Source of the DNA: Longimicrobiales bacterium
GTDB lineage: Bacteria; Gemmatimonadota; Gemmatimonadetes; Longimicrobiales; Gaopeijiaceae
Direction: 5' to 3'
Assembly: GCA_965248195.1 (NCBI GenBank)
Contig: CBDFIQ010000002.1
Location: 1,952,001 to 2,016,000 of the forward strand
Length of the DNA: 64,000 nucleotides
The position numbers and the translations under genes were made by a program. Of the stretch, positions 1 to 9,970 are shown piece after piece. How positions within the stretch are numbered: position 1 is the first letter of the stretch; the number at the start of each line of letters is the position of its first letter. A model generated the notes under the pieces. That model saw only the letters and a program-made list of their open reading frames with translations. It made no database searches and was not told the origin of the DNA.

Positions 1-9
1 TTCGCAAAC

Positions 10-1092
10 GTGGGGGCGCGCTTCTCAGTCGATGAGTGGGTGAGGCAGCGTACCGGCAGCTTCAGCAGAGTCTTGCGAGGGTCGTATCGGATCGTCGGTT
101 TTCCCAGTGCAGATACGCTTACGGTGCTGTATTCGTTCGTCTTCTTGAACTTCGCGTTATTGAGTCTCGCCGCAGTGCTCTTCCATCTCGACGATCCCTT
201 TTGGCTCGGCGGTCACACAGTGGGCGTGATGTTACAGGATTCCTATTTCAATCCCCACTTCGAAATCTTCCGGACGGCCGCCGATGCGGCCCCCGTGCCC
301 TGGCGCATGTTCAGCGTCACCGGGGTGGTGTTTCAGACGATCTTTCAGCTCTTTATGATCCCGCTGATATTCCTGCAATTGGGACGGCGGTTCGTGATTT
401 GGTGGGGACTGAACTTCATCATCGTTTCCCTCTTGTTTTTGAGGCTCTCGTATCTACCGTTCATCGAGCTGGCGATTTGGACAATGTTGTTTCTCCCGCG
501 CCCCAAGAAGCAAATCGCGGAACCCGCGCCGGCGCCAGTCTCGGTGTTACATATGGGTTACGTGGCATGGTGGCTTCTCATCTGCGTTCTTTTCCTGCTA
601 CAAACCTCTGTACCTGGCTTGGGTCGCATCACGGACCATGTCGGCCTCTCTCGGTGGCGGCCGGAGGTCTTCTTGCGTAGCCACGGCCTGCAGTCACCCA
701 ACGTGTTTAATCGAACCGACCTGTCGATGTCGGAACACTGGCCGGTTCTGTATCGGTATTCCGATTCGGGCGAGCCCGAGCTCGTACCGTTCAACGGTCC
801 TGACGGCGAGCGTCTCGCCTATCACCGTTATGACGAATTGTATTTTGGTAACAGCGTGAGGTGGCGAAGGGGCATGATCGATCAGGATATCCGCTCCACA
901 CATCAGCCCGGCAGATTAGGATACGAGCTCATCGCACGTGTCTTGCTCTTTGATCGCAGGCTTCAGGGTTTCGAGGCACCGGTGCGTTATAGGGTCGATA
1001 TCATGGAGAGCCAGTCGACCGAGGTGGCACTTCCCCACAGCGAGCGATTCGGGGTCCGGCAGTTGTTCAGCTACGAGGTTTTGGTGCCCTGA
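10..1092 (+). CDS. Polytopic membrane protein (HTTM-like), probably 5'-truncated by the window edge
   Basis: 360-aa ORF with several hydrophobic helices followed by a soluble C-terminal domain; family assignment is tentative. Confidence 0.6.
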   Translation: MGARFSVDEWVRQRTGSFSRVLRGSYRIVGFPSADTLTVLYSFVFLNFALLSLAAVLFHLDDPFWLGGHTVGVMLQDSYFNPHFEIFRTAADAAPVPWRMFSVTGVVFQTIFQLFMIPLIFLQLGRRFVIWWGLNFIIVSLLFLRLSYLPFIELAIWTMLFLPRPKKQIAEPAPAPVSVLHMGYVAWWLLICVLFLLQTSVPGLGRITDHVGLSRWRPEVFLRSHGLQSPNVFNRTDLSMSEHWPVLYRYSDSGEPELVPFNGPDGERLAYHRYDELYFGNSVRWRRGMIDQDIRSTHQPGRLGYELIARVLLFDRRLQGFEAPVRYRVDIMESQSTEVALPHSERFGVRQLFSYEVLVP

Positions 1093-1253
1093 GCGCGGAA
1101 CCATCACCGCCATCATCCTTTTCGCTTTCTTATCCGTGGGTCATGCACAAGGGCGGCGATTGGAAAATGCCCGGGGATCCACTGCATGCTGAGGCTCCTC
1201 TCAGCTCTCCTCAGCCGGACACTCCATGATCAAGTGCGTGTAGGGGATGCGCA

Positions 1254-2629
1254 GGTCAAGTCCCGATTTGTGTGTAAAAGCGGAGGAAGCTCCTCGCCTT
1301 CGGCTAGGCTGCTTGGGCGACCTCCTGTTTCTGGAGGAGTGAGAGGTCGAGGTAACGCCGGTCGCCCCAGACGTGTGTGGTCCTGAGTGCGACGGCCGTG
1401 ATGAGCCTGAGGGCGCTGGCCCGGTCCGGGAAGGCGCCGGCGGCCTTGATCCTGCGTTTGATCTCGCCGTGCAGCCGCTCGAGGCTGTTGGTGGTACGCA
1501 GCCGGGGCCAGTGCGCCTCGGGGAACGCGTAGAACTGCGTCGCTGCCCCGAAGCCCCGCTCCAGGACCTCCACGGCCTCGGGCAGCTCCTTCTTCCAGCG
1601 TGCGCCGAACTCGCCCAGGAGCTTCTTCGCCTCGGCGAGTCCGGATGTCTGGAAGATCACCGAGACCTCACGCGCCACGCGCTTGCGTAGGCGGTGGGGG
1701 ACCCTCGCCCCCACATTACGCTGCAGATGGACCGTACACCTCTGACGGCGTGCCTCGGGCAGGAAGCGGCGGACCGCAGCTGCCAGGCCTGCGTGCTCAT
1801 CGGCGATCACGAGCTCGACACCGCCGAGGCCGCGGTCCTGGAGTTGCTCGAGGAGCTCCGACCAGCTCTGCTGCGACTCCTCAGCGCCCAGCGTGACGGC
1901 CAGGAGCCGTCGGTGACCCTCAGGGCCCACTGCATACGCCACGAGCGCACTCACGTTCTCGACTTTGCGGGCCCAGCGGGCGTCCAAGAACGTGGCGTCC
2001 AGGTACAGATAGGGGTGAGGCCCCTCGATCGGCGCACGGCGCAGCCCTTCCACGGCCTCGTCGAGCCGTTTTGCCACACGACTCACCGTCGAGCGCCCAA
2101 CACGCTCGCCCATCAGCGCCTCGGTGACGTCGCCCATCTTGCGCTGTGACACGCCGCTCACATACGCCTCGACCATCATCTCGTCGAGCTCGGGGCTCCT
2201 GCGCTGGTAGCGGCCGATCACGTCGGCCGGCGAACCGTTGTCCCGGCTCCGGGGCATGGCGACCTCGATCTGCCCCAGGCTCGTCAGCAGCCGCCTCAGG
2301 TATGTGCCGTTCCTATGGTCCTTCCGGCTTCCCACCCGCTCGAAGCGGCGTGCACCTACCATGGCCTTCAGCTCCTCTTCCAGCACCATCTCGAGCGTCA
2401 GCCGGATCGCGCCTTGAAACAGCTCGCGCAAATCATCGCGTAGCTCGTCTTGCGTGGCCCGACCGATCTCCACAATCTCTTGCATCGGAAGCTCCTCTCC
2501 GGTTCCGAGCCTGCTCTGCAGACCCGGACTCCCGGGTTCATGTGACAGTGAACAACAACAGAGGAGCTTCCGTTTTTCTTTCCCTCCTGTCCAGCTTATC
2601 CGCTTTTACACAAATCTAGGGACACTACC
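1254..2629 (-). mobile_element. IS256-family insertion sequence, copy 1
   Basis: Imperfect terminal inverted repeats GGTCAAGTCCCGATTTGTGTGTAAAAGCGG / GGTAGTGTCCCTAGATTTGTGTAAAAGCGG; 9-bp target duplication GGATGCGCA at 1245-1253 and 2630-2638. Confidence 0.95.
1304..2485 (-). CDS. IS256-family (Mutator-type DDE) transposase
   Basis: RNGTY, YLYLDAT, LVIADEH, QRCTVHL and RTTNSLERLHGEIKRR motifs. Confidence 0.95.
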   Translation of the reverse strand: MQEIVEIGRATQDELRDDLRELFQGAIRLTLEMVLEEELKAMVGARRFERVGSRKDHRNGTYLRRLLTSLGQIEVAMPRSRDNGSPADVIGRYQRRSPELDEMMVEAYVSGVSQRKMGDVTEALMGERVGRSTVSRVAKRLDEAVEGLRRAPIEGPHPYLYLDATFLDARWARKVENVSALVAYAVGPEGHRRLLAVTLGAEESQQSWSELLEQLQDRGLGGVELVIADEHAGLAAAVRRFLPEARRQRCTVHLQRNVGARVPHRLRKRVAREVSVIFQTSGLAEAKKLLGEFGARWKKELPEAVEVLERGFGAATQFYAFPEAHWPRLRTTNSLERLHGEIKRRIKAAGAFPDRASALRLITAVALRTTHVWGDRRYLDLSLLQKQEVAQAA

Positions 2630-3179
2630 GGATGCGCAGCAGATCGTGTCTCAGGTGGAAGACCGCGGAGGGGAAAACGGGCGTGACCAGATGGCGCCAC
2701 GCCTCCAGTGATCTCACGTGCTGGCCCCGGTCTTTGTCGGCGAGATAACGAGCCAAGCGGGACTGATCGTCGGTGTAGCAGGGATCCAGCGTCACCAGCC
2801 GGCCCGTGGGCTTCAGGCCGCGACGGGCGAGGCTCATGAACTCCCCTGCTTGGTCGTCGTCGAGGTGATGAAGCACGCCCCAGGCGAGAACCAGATCGTA
2901 GTGCGCCTCCTCGGTCATGGTCTCCTCACCGAGGGGGCCGAGCCGGAACGTCGCCCGACCCCCGAAGCGGCTCCGCGCCTCGGCAGAGTACAGATGATGT
3001 GAATCACGGCAAGAAATCGTCTAAGTTCAACCAGGACTGCGCGATCTGCCGCACTTGCCGTTAGACCATATCTAATTCCACCGTACAGAAATGGTGGGAA
3101 AACAGCATCAAACAGCGGGAATCCGGGCCTAGTGGCATGAGCGCACGTGTCGACTTCGATGCAGAACTAATCACGGGTG

Positions 3180-3522
3180 GAACTTTCTCGACCCGGACGG
3201 CCCGGTCCGCCAGGTACACCCGGCCCCCCTGCCGCCCGTGGTACGCCGCGCGCCCGATCACGTCGATGATCTGATCCAGCGCTCCGCCCGCCAGCGCGAA
3301 GACGTTGACCAGCGGGAGCAGGTGTTCGCGGCCGTCGGTGGCCAGCAACTCCCTGAGGCCTGCCTTGTCCGGCTGGGCCCCCTTCTCGTAGCTTTTCCTC
3401 ATCGTGGTGGTCTCCCTGTTGGGGTTTTCTCTGCCTGATTCCCAATCTGGAATCAAGCCCCCGGGAGCCACCACGGTTCTTTTCCCCTCCGGCAAACCTC
3501 CAACTATTCCTGGGACACCCTC
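3180..3522 (-). mobile_element. Remnant of a second, different IS256-like element (one end plus deleted transposase N-terminus)
   Basis: End sequence GAGGGTGTCCCAGGAATAGTTG at 3522; ATG at 3402 gives MRKSYEK...LDQIIDVIGRAA/YHGRQGGRVYLADRAVRVEK, which resembles IS256 transposase N-termini with an internal deletion. Confidence 0.6.
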
Positions 3523-4066
3523 TGCGGACACTGTAGTAACGAGATGACCCGAAGCCCCTATGTGAACTGACTACAGAGATTATCCAATAGGCGTAGGGAG
3601 CGAGCAAGTCTGCCGCAGAGATCGTTGATGTGATCGTAGGGCGAACCGTACGTCCGAATTAAGGTCGCTCGGATCCGCTGAGCCTGCGAACCGGCAGAGT
3701 GCGCAACCAGTTTGGAACGAAGCCGCTGTAGGTCCCGCAAGGGCTCAATGGCTTCGGCAACAACCTCCGAGGGGACGTCCGCCGTCGTGAGAACTTCCTC
3801 AGCACACCGAATGGAACCCCATAGCGCGACCTCTTCCGATGGCCGATGCTTCAGCCTCTTGGCGAAGAACTGCTTCTGCAGCCCTTCGTTGACGATCTTC
3901 GCGAGCTTTCCTATTGCGTCGTCCCAACTCTGATTCGCCTCAGTTAGCGGGAGGTGAAGTCGATTGAGGAGATCAGGTTCGCGCAACTTGAACCCCTCTC
4001 TGCCAACGTACGTGAGACACGGAGCACGCAAAGAATTAGAGTAGGGCGAAGGCAGAGAAAACGAAC

Positions 4067-4516
4067 ATGTTGGGACTGCGAGAGAGAATGGAAGAGAATG
4101 GTAGTGCCCCTGGAATCGGGGAGGCCAAGCGAAGCGCGGCAGCTCCTGCGGACCCGGAGGTAGTAGATAGGCCGCTACGCCGGCGGTTCAGTCCATCGTA
4201 CAAGCTGCGGATCGTCGAAGAAGCGGACCGGTGCACCGAGCCCGGCGAGGTGGGTCAGCTCCTGCGGCGCGAGGGCCTGTACTCGTCGCACCTGACGACG
4301 TGGCGCAAGGCGGCGCATAGCGGGTCGCTGAAGGCCCTGTCGAAGAAACGCGGCCGCAAGCCGGAGCGGAATCCGCTGGATGAGAAGGTACGCAAGCTGG
4401 AGCGGCAAAACGCACGGCTCGAGAATGAGCTCAGGAAGGCACACCTGATCATCGACGTGCAGGGAAAAGTTGCGGGGCTGCTGGGGATAAGCCTCGACGA
4501 CGGGACGAACTCTTGA
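4067..4516 (+). CDS. IS3-family transposase OrfA (HTH)
   Basis: RRRFSPSYKLRIV...LLRREGLYSSHLTTWR plus coiled coil; in-phase slippery heptamer G GGA AAA at 4462-4468 with an open -1 frame into orfB. Confidence 0.9.
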   Translation: MLGLRERMEENGSAPGIGEAKRSAAAPADPEVVDRPLRRRFSPSYKLRIVEEADRCTEPGEVGQLLRREGLYSSHLTTWRKAAHSGSLKALSKKRGRKPERNPLDEKVRKLERQNARLENELRKAHLIIDVQGKVAGLLGISLDDGTNS

Positions 4517-5520
4517 AGGCGGCCGATGAGCTGGCTAAGCACGTCGGTGTAAAACCGGCGTGCGCGGCTCTCGAGGTCTCCCGATCGACGTTCTACCGTC
4601 GTCGAGGCCCATCGACCGGGCAACGGCAGCCCCGCCCGACGCCCGCCCGGGCATTGAGCGAGACGGAACGAGGCGAGGTCTTCGACACGCTGTGTTCGGA
4701 GCGGTTCGTGGACCGCTCACCCGCCGAGGTGGTGGCCACGCTGCTCGACGAAGAGGTCTACCTGTGCAGCGAACGCACGATGTATCGTGTTCTGGCCTCC
4801 GAGGTGCCGGTTCAGGAACGCCGGGCGCAGCGCACCCATCCCGAGTACAAGAAGCCCGAGTTGATGGCCACGGCGCCGAACCAGGTGTGGTCCTGGGATA
4901 TCACGCGGCTACTCGGGCCGAAGAAGTGGAGCTATTACTACCTCTACGTCATCATGGACATCTACAGCCGCTACGTCGTGGGCTGGATGGTGGCGGACCG
5001 GGAGAACTCGGCCCTGGCCGGCCGGTTGATCCAGCAGAGCTGCCTGAAGCATGGCGTCCAGCCCCGGGTCCTGACCCTGCACTCGGATCGGGGAGCTCCA
5101 ATGACGAGCCAATGCACCGCTCAACTTCTCGCTGACCTCGGCGTGACTCGCTCGTTGAGCCGGCCTCAGGTGTCGGATGACAACCCGTTTTCCGAGGCTC
5201 AGTTCAAAACCTTGAAGTACCATCCCTCGTTTCCCGGGCGGTTCGGGGATCAGGGCCAGGCCAAGACGTTGTGTCGATCGTTCTTCCGCTGGTACAATGC
5301 CGAGCACCGCCATGGCGGTATCTCGATGCTAACCCCCGAGCAGGTCCACTTCGGGAACGCCGATCAGGTCATTGCCGGCAGGAAATCCGTGCTCCGCGAA
5401 GCATGGGCCGCTCATCCCGAACGCTTCGTCACAGGTGTGCCGAAGCCCAAACCGCTCCCGGAGGCCGTCTACATCAATCCTCCCATCCCTTCCCTCACCA
5501 CACAGGATATTGCTCTCTAA
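4513..5520 (+). CDS. IS3-family transposase OrfB (rve DDE integrase core)
   Basis: PNQVWSWDIT, LHSDRG and NPFSEAQFKTLK DDE motifs. Confidence 0.93.
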   Translation: MKAADELAKHVGVKPACAALEVSRSTFYRRRGPSTGQRQPRPTPARALSETERGEVFDTLCSERFVDRSPAEVVATLLDEEVYLCSERTMYRVLASEVPVQERRAQRTHPEYKKPELMATAPNQVWSWDITRLLGPKKWSYYYLYVIMDIYSRYVVGWMVADRENSALAGRLIQQSCLKHGVQPRVLTLHSDRGAPMTSQCTAQLLADLGVTRSLSRPQVSDDNPFSEAQFKTLKYHPSFPGRFGDQGQAKTLCRSFFRWYNAEHRHGGISMLTPEQVHFGNADQVIAGRKSVLREAWAAHPERFVTGVPKPKPLPEAVYINPPIPSLTTQDIAL

Positions 5521-6410
5521 TTAATCCCGTAGAGTGTCCCATTGTCGTTGACAGGTTCCGAACCATCCAACACCTCTTGCTTCCAAGTCCCTCGCAGTGT
5601 CCTTGATGTCACGTAGGCGATTCTCTTCACGCAGCCAATCCCCCTCGAAATCGGTATCGTAGGCGCTTTGCGGAATGCCAGCCTGTGGAGGCTCATTAAA
5701 TGACTTCCAGTATACCTGCTCCGAGTGGGGAAGATCCCCAAGGTAGGTCACATAAGTATATATCTGTTGTGCGTTGTTTACCCGATAGACCTTGAGATGC
5801 CATGCATTCCGGCACGATATGGACTGGTCGTCTACAGAATACTTGTCTGAGTCTGCAAGGTATCTGTTGAGGACGTCTGGCTTAAAAAACGTGGGGGAAA
5901 CTTGGTACGGTAAGGACGAAGGAGGATCGAAGTACGACGCAAGGCGATCCGGGTTACAGCTAGCGGGCACCAGCGTGCATTTCGTGTGGTCCAACAGTAT
6001 TCGTGGGTTAGGCCTCCGGCCAGGAGTGCCACTATTGCGCCAATCAGCAACAACGTAGGACTCATATCGTTTAGGTTGCGTTTTCTGTTCGACCAGGGCG
6101 GCACCTAGTTCTTCGGCAGTGTTGCTCGGTAGTAATACTTGGAGCCCGCGAATATAGCTTTGATGTTGAGGCTCAATGTGGGCGCGATAGTGCAGGTTGT
6201 GCTGGCGATCGTTAACCACGTGAGCGCTGCCTACCCAGCCCTCAAAAGCCTTGGTGATGCAGGTCGAGTCGAACATCTGCACGACGGCGGAGTTTGCAGC
6301 AGACATATGGACTTCGACATCTCTCAATTAGCTCCGGCGAGGGCGGCTGGCCACCGTCCTCTCTCGTGGTCAACTGTCAGGTGAATACCGTCTCAGCACA
6401 CACGTCGCCA

Positions 6411-6578
6411 TTCCACGATGCCGGGATCGAGAACGATCTCCGTATCTACGATGAGGGAAACCACGGGTTCTGGCTCCACGTCGACCAGGATCCGGAGCTT
6501 CGAAGCGAGCCGGCACTGGACGCGTGGCAGCGCCTGATGGCGTACCTGGACCGAACCGCGGTAGCCGCCTGGAGATGA
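6411..6578 (+). pseudogene. C-terminal fragment of a dienelactone hydrolase-family protein
   Basis: IYDEGNHGF...ALDAWQRLMAYL matches the catalytic-His and C-terminal helix pattern; no N-terminus present. Confidence 0.6.
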
Positions 6579-6583
6579 CGGGA

Positions 6584-7959
6584 GGTAGTGTCCCTAGATT
6601 TGTGTAAAAACGGATAAGCTGGACAGGAGGGAAAGAAAAACGGAAGCTCCTCTGTTGTTGTTCACTGTCACATGAACCCGGGAGTCCGGGTCTGCAGAGC
6701 AGGCTCGGAACCGGAGAGGAGCTTCCGATGCAAGAGATTGTGGAGATCGGTCGGGCCACGCAAGACGAGCTACGCGATGATTTGCGCGAGCTGTTTCAAG
6801 GCGCGATCCGGCTGACGCTCGAGATGGTGCTGGAAGAGGAGCTGAAGGCCATGGTAGGTGCACGCCGCTTCGAGCGGGTGGGAAGCCGGAAGGACCATAG
6901 GAACGGCACATACCTGAGGCGGCTGCTGACGAGCCTGGGGCAGATCGAGGTCGCCATGCCCCGGAGCCGGGACAACGGTTCGCCGGCCGACGTGATCGGC
7001 CGCTACCAGCGCAGGAGCCCCGAGCTCGACGAGATGATGGTCGAGGCGTATGTGAGCGGCGTGTCACAGCGCAAGATGGGCGACGTCACCGAGGCGCTGA
7101 TGGGCGAGCGTGTTGGGCGCTCGACGGTGAGTCGTGTGGCAAAACGGCTCGACGAGGCCGTGGAAGGGCTGCGCCGTGCGCCGATCGAGGGGCCTCACCC
7201 CTATCTGTACCTGGACGCCACGTTCTTGGACGCCCGCTGGGCCCGCAAAGTCGAGAACGTGAGTGCGCTCGTGGCGTATGCAGTGGGCCCTGAGGGTCAC
7301 CGACGGCTCCTGGCCGTCACGCTGGGCGCTGAGGAGTCGCAGCAGAGCTGGTCGGAGCTCCTCGAGCAACTCCAGGACCGCGGCCTCGGCGGTGTCGAGC
7401 TCGTGATCGCCGATGAGCACGCAGGCCTGGCAGCTGCGGTCCGCCGCTTCCTGCCCGAGGCACGCCGTCAGAGGTGTACGGTCCATCTGCAGCGTAATGT
7501 GGGGGCGAGGGTCCCCCACCGCCTACGCAAGCGCGTGGCGCGTGAGGTCTCGGTGATCTTCCAGACATCCGGACTCGCCGAGGCGAAGAAGCTCCTGGGC
7601 GAGTTCGGCGCACGCTGGAAGAAGGAGCTGCCCGAGGCCGTGGAGGTCCTGGAGCGGGGCTTCGGGGCAGCGACGCAGTTCTACGCGTTCCCCGAGGCGC
7701 ACTGGCCCCGGCTGCGTACCACCAACAGCCTCGAGCGGCTGCACGGCGAGATCAAACGCAGGATCAAGGCCGCCGGCGCCTTCCCGGACCGGGCCAGCGC
7801 CCTCAGGCTCATCACGGCCGTCGCACTCAGGACCACACACGTCTGGGGCGACCGGCGTTACCTCGACCTCTCACTCCTCCAGAAACAGGAGGTCGCCCAA
7901 GCAGCCTAGCCGAAGGCGAGGAGCTTCCTCCGCTTTTACACACAAATCGGGACTTGACC
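6584..7959 (+). mobile_element. IS256-family insertion sequence, copy 2 (inverted relative to copy 1)
   Basis: Same ends and identical transposase as copy 1; flanks ATGACGGGA / CTGAGGCGC are not duplicated. Confidence 0.95.
6728..7909 (+). CDS. IS256-family transposase
   Basis: Protein identical to 1304-2485. Confidence 0.95.
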   Translation: MQEIVEIGRATQDELRDDLRELFQGAIRLTLEMVLEEELKAMVGARRFERVGSRKDHRNGTYLRRLLTSLGQIEVAMPRSRDNGSPADVIGRYQRRSPELDEMMVEAYVSGVSQRKMGDVTEALMGERVGRSTVSRVAKRLDEAVEGLRRAPIEGPHPYLYLDATFLDARWARKVENVSALVAYAVGPEGHRRLLAVTLGAEESQQSWSELLEQLQDRGLGGVELVIADEHAGLAAAVRRFLPEARRQRCTVHLQRNVGARVPHRLRKRVAREVSVIFQTSGLAEAKKLLGEFGARWKKELPEAVEVLERGFGAATQFYAFPEAHWPRLRTTNSLERLHGEIKRRIKAAGAFPDRASALRLITAVALRTTHVWGDRRYLDLSLLQKQEVAQAA

Positions 7960-7967
7960 CTGAGGCG

Positions 7968-9413
7968 CTAGGGTAGCATAGCCCGAAGTACCCTGAGTCT
8001 GCCTCTCACGCGTTTGGTGCCTGTAACGACCGAGCCGTGGGAGGTGGGTTCGGGGTTGTCCACCATGGCCCGAATCTCGTCGGCTTCGAAGATGAGCCGT
8101 CCGAGTTTATGGGCTTCAGCGAGACGGAGTGCTTCGTCCGCGGCTTTCCGAGCACGATCCGCCCGACGGAGAATCAGTTCGTCCCGAGCGCGATCCAGCA
8201 AGAGTTGGGTCCACACCTCAACTTGTATACTGGCACTAGCGGACTTAAGGATCTTTGTCGCTCCCCTGTACGTTTCCACGTCGTTACGTCGGGCGGCCAC
8301 CTGGGCCAACCCGCTCGTGGCCGTAGCTCGGACGTCGATGTCCCTCTGGCCCGAACCCAACACGATCTCATAGGCATCTTCCGCAGCGCCCAGATCACCG
8401 CATTCGAGCAGTACGTTTCCCAGCACGACTAGCGTGCCAAAGCGGTCGACGTGATCTACTGGGTAGGCGTCGTACGCCAACAACCCGAACTTGGCGGCGG
8501 GAGCTAATGACCCCACTTCCTGTTCCACCAGCATCAGCCCGAAGTAAGCCAGCGGAATACCCAGCGCTCCTGGCGGCGCAATTCTGAGGGCTTCTTCGTA
8601 TGTGGTCCGAGCCAGCGGCATGTTTCCCTGCATCCGGTGGACACTCCCCCGTCCGGTGAGGATAGCCGCCGCCAAGCTCTGGTCCGTCAGTTTCCGGGCT
8701 GCCCCTTCCGCGACCTTGTACGCTGCCAACGCATCCTCGAGGCGCCCCAGCCTCCGTAGCGCCCGGGCTTGGTACCATGCCGCGCGCACCCCATTCTCAG
8801 CCAAGCCCATCGCTAGACACGCCGAAGCCGCGACCTCATAGAGATTCAGGGCGCTTTCGTAGTTGCCGGACGCCTCACATTCCTCTGCTTGGGCAAACAG
8901 GGTGCCTGTGGTTTCTCTCTGATCCCACAGCGACGCGTCCTCTGTGTCGATCAATACGCTGATGGCTACGTAGCGCGACTCGTGGAAGAGTTGTCCCACA
9001 TCTCGGCCGAGGTTCAGCTGCCGGACGCCCGAGAGAACCAAGGACCACCGGCGACCATGCTTCGCCGCGATCATGTAAGCGAGACTCTTCCTCGGGCGTG
9101 CCCGCCCGGTGCCGACAGTGCCCTCAAAGGCGGCGGCCAATCCCCGAGCCGCGAGGTCTGCGCCGAACGTCACACGCGGTTCATCCCTGACGGCATCGAC
9201 CACGATATGAGGGAACGGTCCGGCCGATCCATCAATGGGTGACCACACGAGGGCGCAGCGATCCGCGCGTGTAGCTTCTAGGAGTTCGACCAACTGCGGG
9301 ACAAGACGCCCGCGAACGGGGTCCATCGAGTATAGAGCCTGCGCGTCGCGCATACGCCTCTCACGTTCTGGGCCGGGAAGGAAAGTTCGAATATCAATAA
9401 CATCACGCGACAT
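7968..9413 (-). CDS. Tetratricopeptide-repeat protein with an uncharacterised N-terminal domain
   Basis: Repeated TPR-like helices (ARALRRLGRLEDALAAY; GSVHRMQGNMPLARTTYEEAL; LGNVLLECGDLGAAEDAY). Confidence 0.75.
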   Translation of the reverse strand: MSRDVIDIRTFLPGPERERRMRDAQALYSMDPVRGRLVPQLVELLEATRADRCALVWSPIDGSAGPFPHIVVDAVRDEPRVTFGADLAARGLAAAFEGTVGTGRARPRKSLAYMIAAKHGRRWSLVLSGVRQLNLGRDVGQLFHESRYVAISVLIDTEDASLWDQRETTGTLFAQAEECEASGNYESALNLYEVAASACLAMGLAENGVRAAWYQARALRRLGRLEDALAAYKVAEGAARKLTDQSLAAAILTGRGSVHRMQGNMPLARTTYEEALRIAPPGALGIPLAYFGLMLVEQEVGSLAPAAKFGLLAYDAYPVDHVDRFGTLVVLGNVLLECGDLGAAEDAYEIVLGSGQRDIDVRATATSGLAQVAARRNDVETYRGATKILKSASASIQVEVWTQLLLDRARDELILRRADRARKAADEALRLAEAHKLGRLIFEADEIRAMVDNPEPTSHGSVVTGTKRVRGRLRVLRAMLP

Positions 9414-9609
9414 GCATGATCCCGCACGGAGACCCCTCGTCGGTCGGCAATCTAGGGCCGCACGAAAATTACGCTAGTGTCGGTGCGTTTGTAATAATTT
9501 TAGTCGCGGCCCCGTTTCTTGGGCATGGAGTACCGGTCGGCATACAATCGTCGCGGGTCACTTGGTTTCACCGCCCGCTATCCCCACGAGCGGCCAAACG
9601 GAGGACCCC

Positions 9610-9723
9610 ATGATCCGAGCCATTGGATTCTTAGCAGCATTATTCGTGCCGCTCATTTCCGCGGCTCAGGCCGCCGAGATGTTAAGAACAGAGTTGGCCA
9701 AGTGCGCCGTCGTGGACGGTGAA
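9610..9723 (+). pseudogene. N-terminal fragment of a secreted protein (TagO/VasI-like)
   Basis: GGAGG RBS, signal peptide MIRAIGFLAALFVPLISAAQA, then LAKCAVVDGE, after which the sequence stops looking coding. Confidence 0.4.
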
Positions 9724-9970
9724 AGTTCCGGAGCCCACCCGGGGGCAGGACTCCTCCCTCTCCCGGCCTACCCCGCCAACGTCTCGGATTCTTGCCGCAA
9801 GCCGTTCAGCTATCTCCCGATCTTCGGTCCTGGATCGCCCCCAAAATTGCCCAGGTTGGGACGATCTCGGAGGCGGAAATGGACGCCGAAGGAGACCGGA
9901 AAAAGGACCTCTCAGAGAAGACCCGTGAAGAGATCCAGGACGACCTCGACAACAAGAGGCTTTGGTCACC

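Larger units (their letters stand above)
1201..2985 (-). pseudogene. Class I SAM-dependent methyltransferase, 5'-truncated and interrupted by IS256
   Basis: YDLVLAWGVLHHL...LKPTGRLVTLDP motifs at 2630-2985; removing the IS and one target duplication restores ...DLLRIPYTHLIMECPAEES* ending at 1201. Confidence 0.8.
3995..5560 (+). mobile_element. IS3-family insertion sequence
   Basis: Imperfect inverted repeats TGCCAACGTACGTGAGACA (4001) and TGTCCCATTGTCGTTGACA (ending 5553); AACC duplicated at 3991-3994 and 5561-5564; orfA/orfB layout. Confidence 0.9.
3558..6327 (-). pseudogene. Hypothetical protein with C-terminal HEPN-like Rx5H motif, split by an IS3-family element
   Basis: ORFs 5521-6327 and 3558-4031 join in frame (...RGVGW|FKLREPDLL...) when 3995-5560 and one AACC are removed; contains LRSKLVAH. 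Confidence 0.75.

Noticed and set aside
3019..3066. Integron attC site (GTCTAAG...GTTAGAC)
   Set aside because: Too short, one core box is imperfect, internal pairing is poor, and there is no integrase or cassette array.
6368..6398. Possible IS end (GGTCAACTGTCAGGTGAATACCGTCTCA)
   Set aside because: No partner repeat or transposase is visible, so it cannot be supported.
1254..7959. Composite transposon that moved as one unit
   Set aside because: Copy 1 has its own target duplication and the outer flanks do not match each other.
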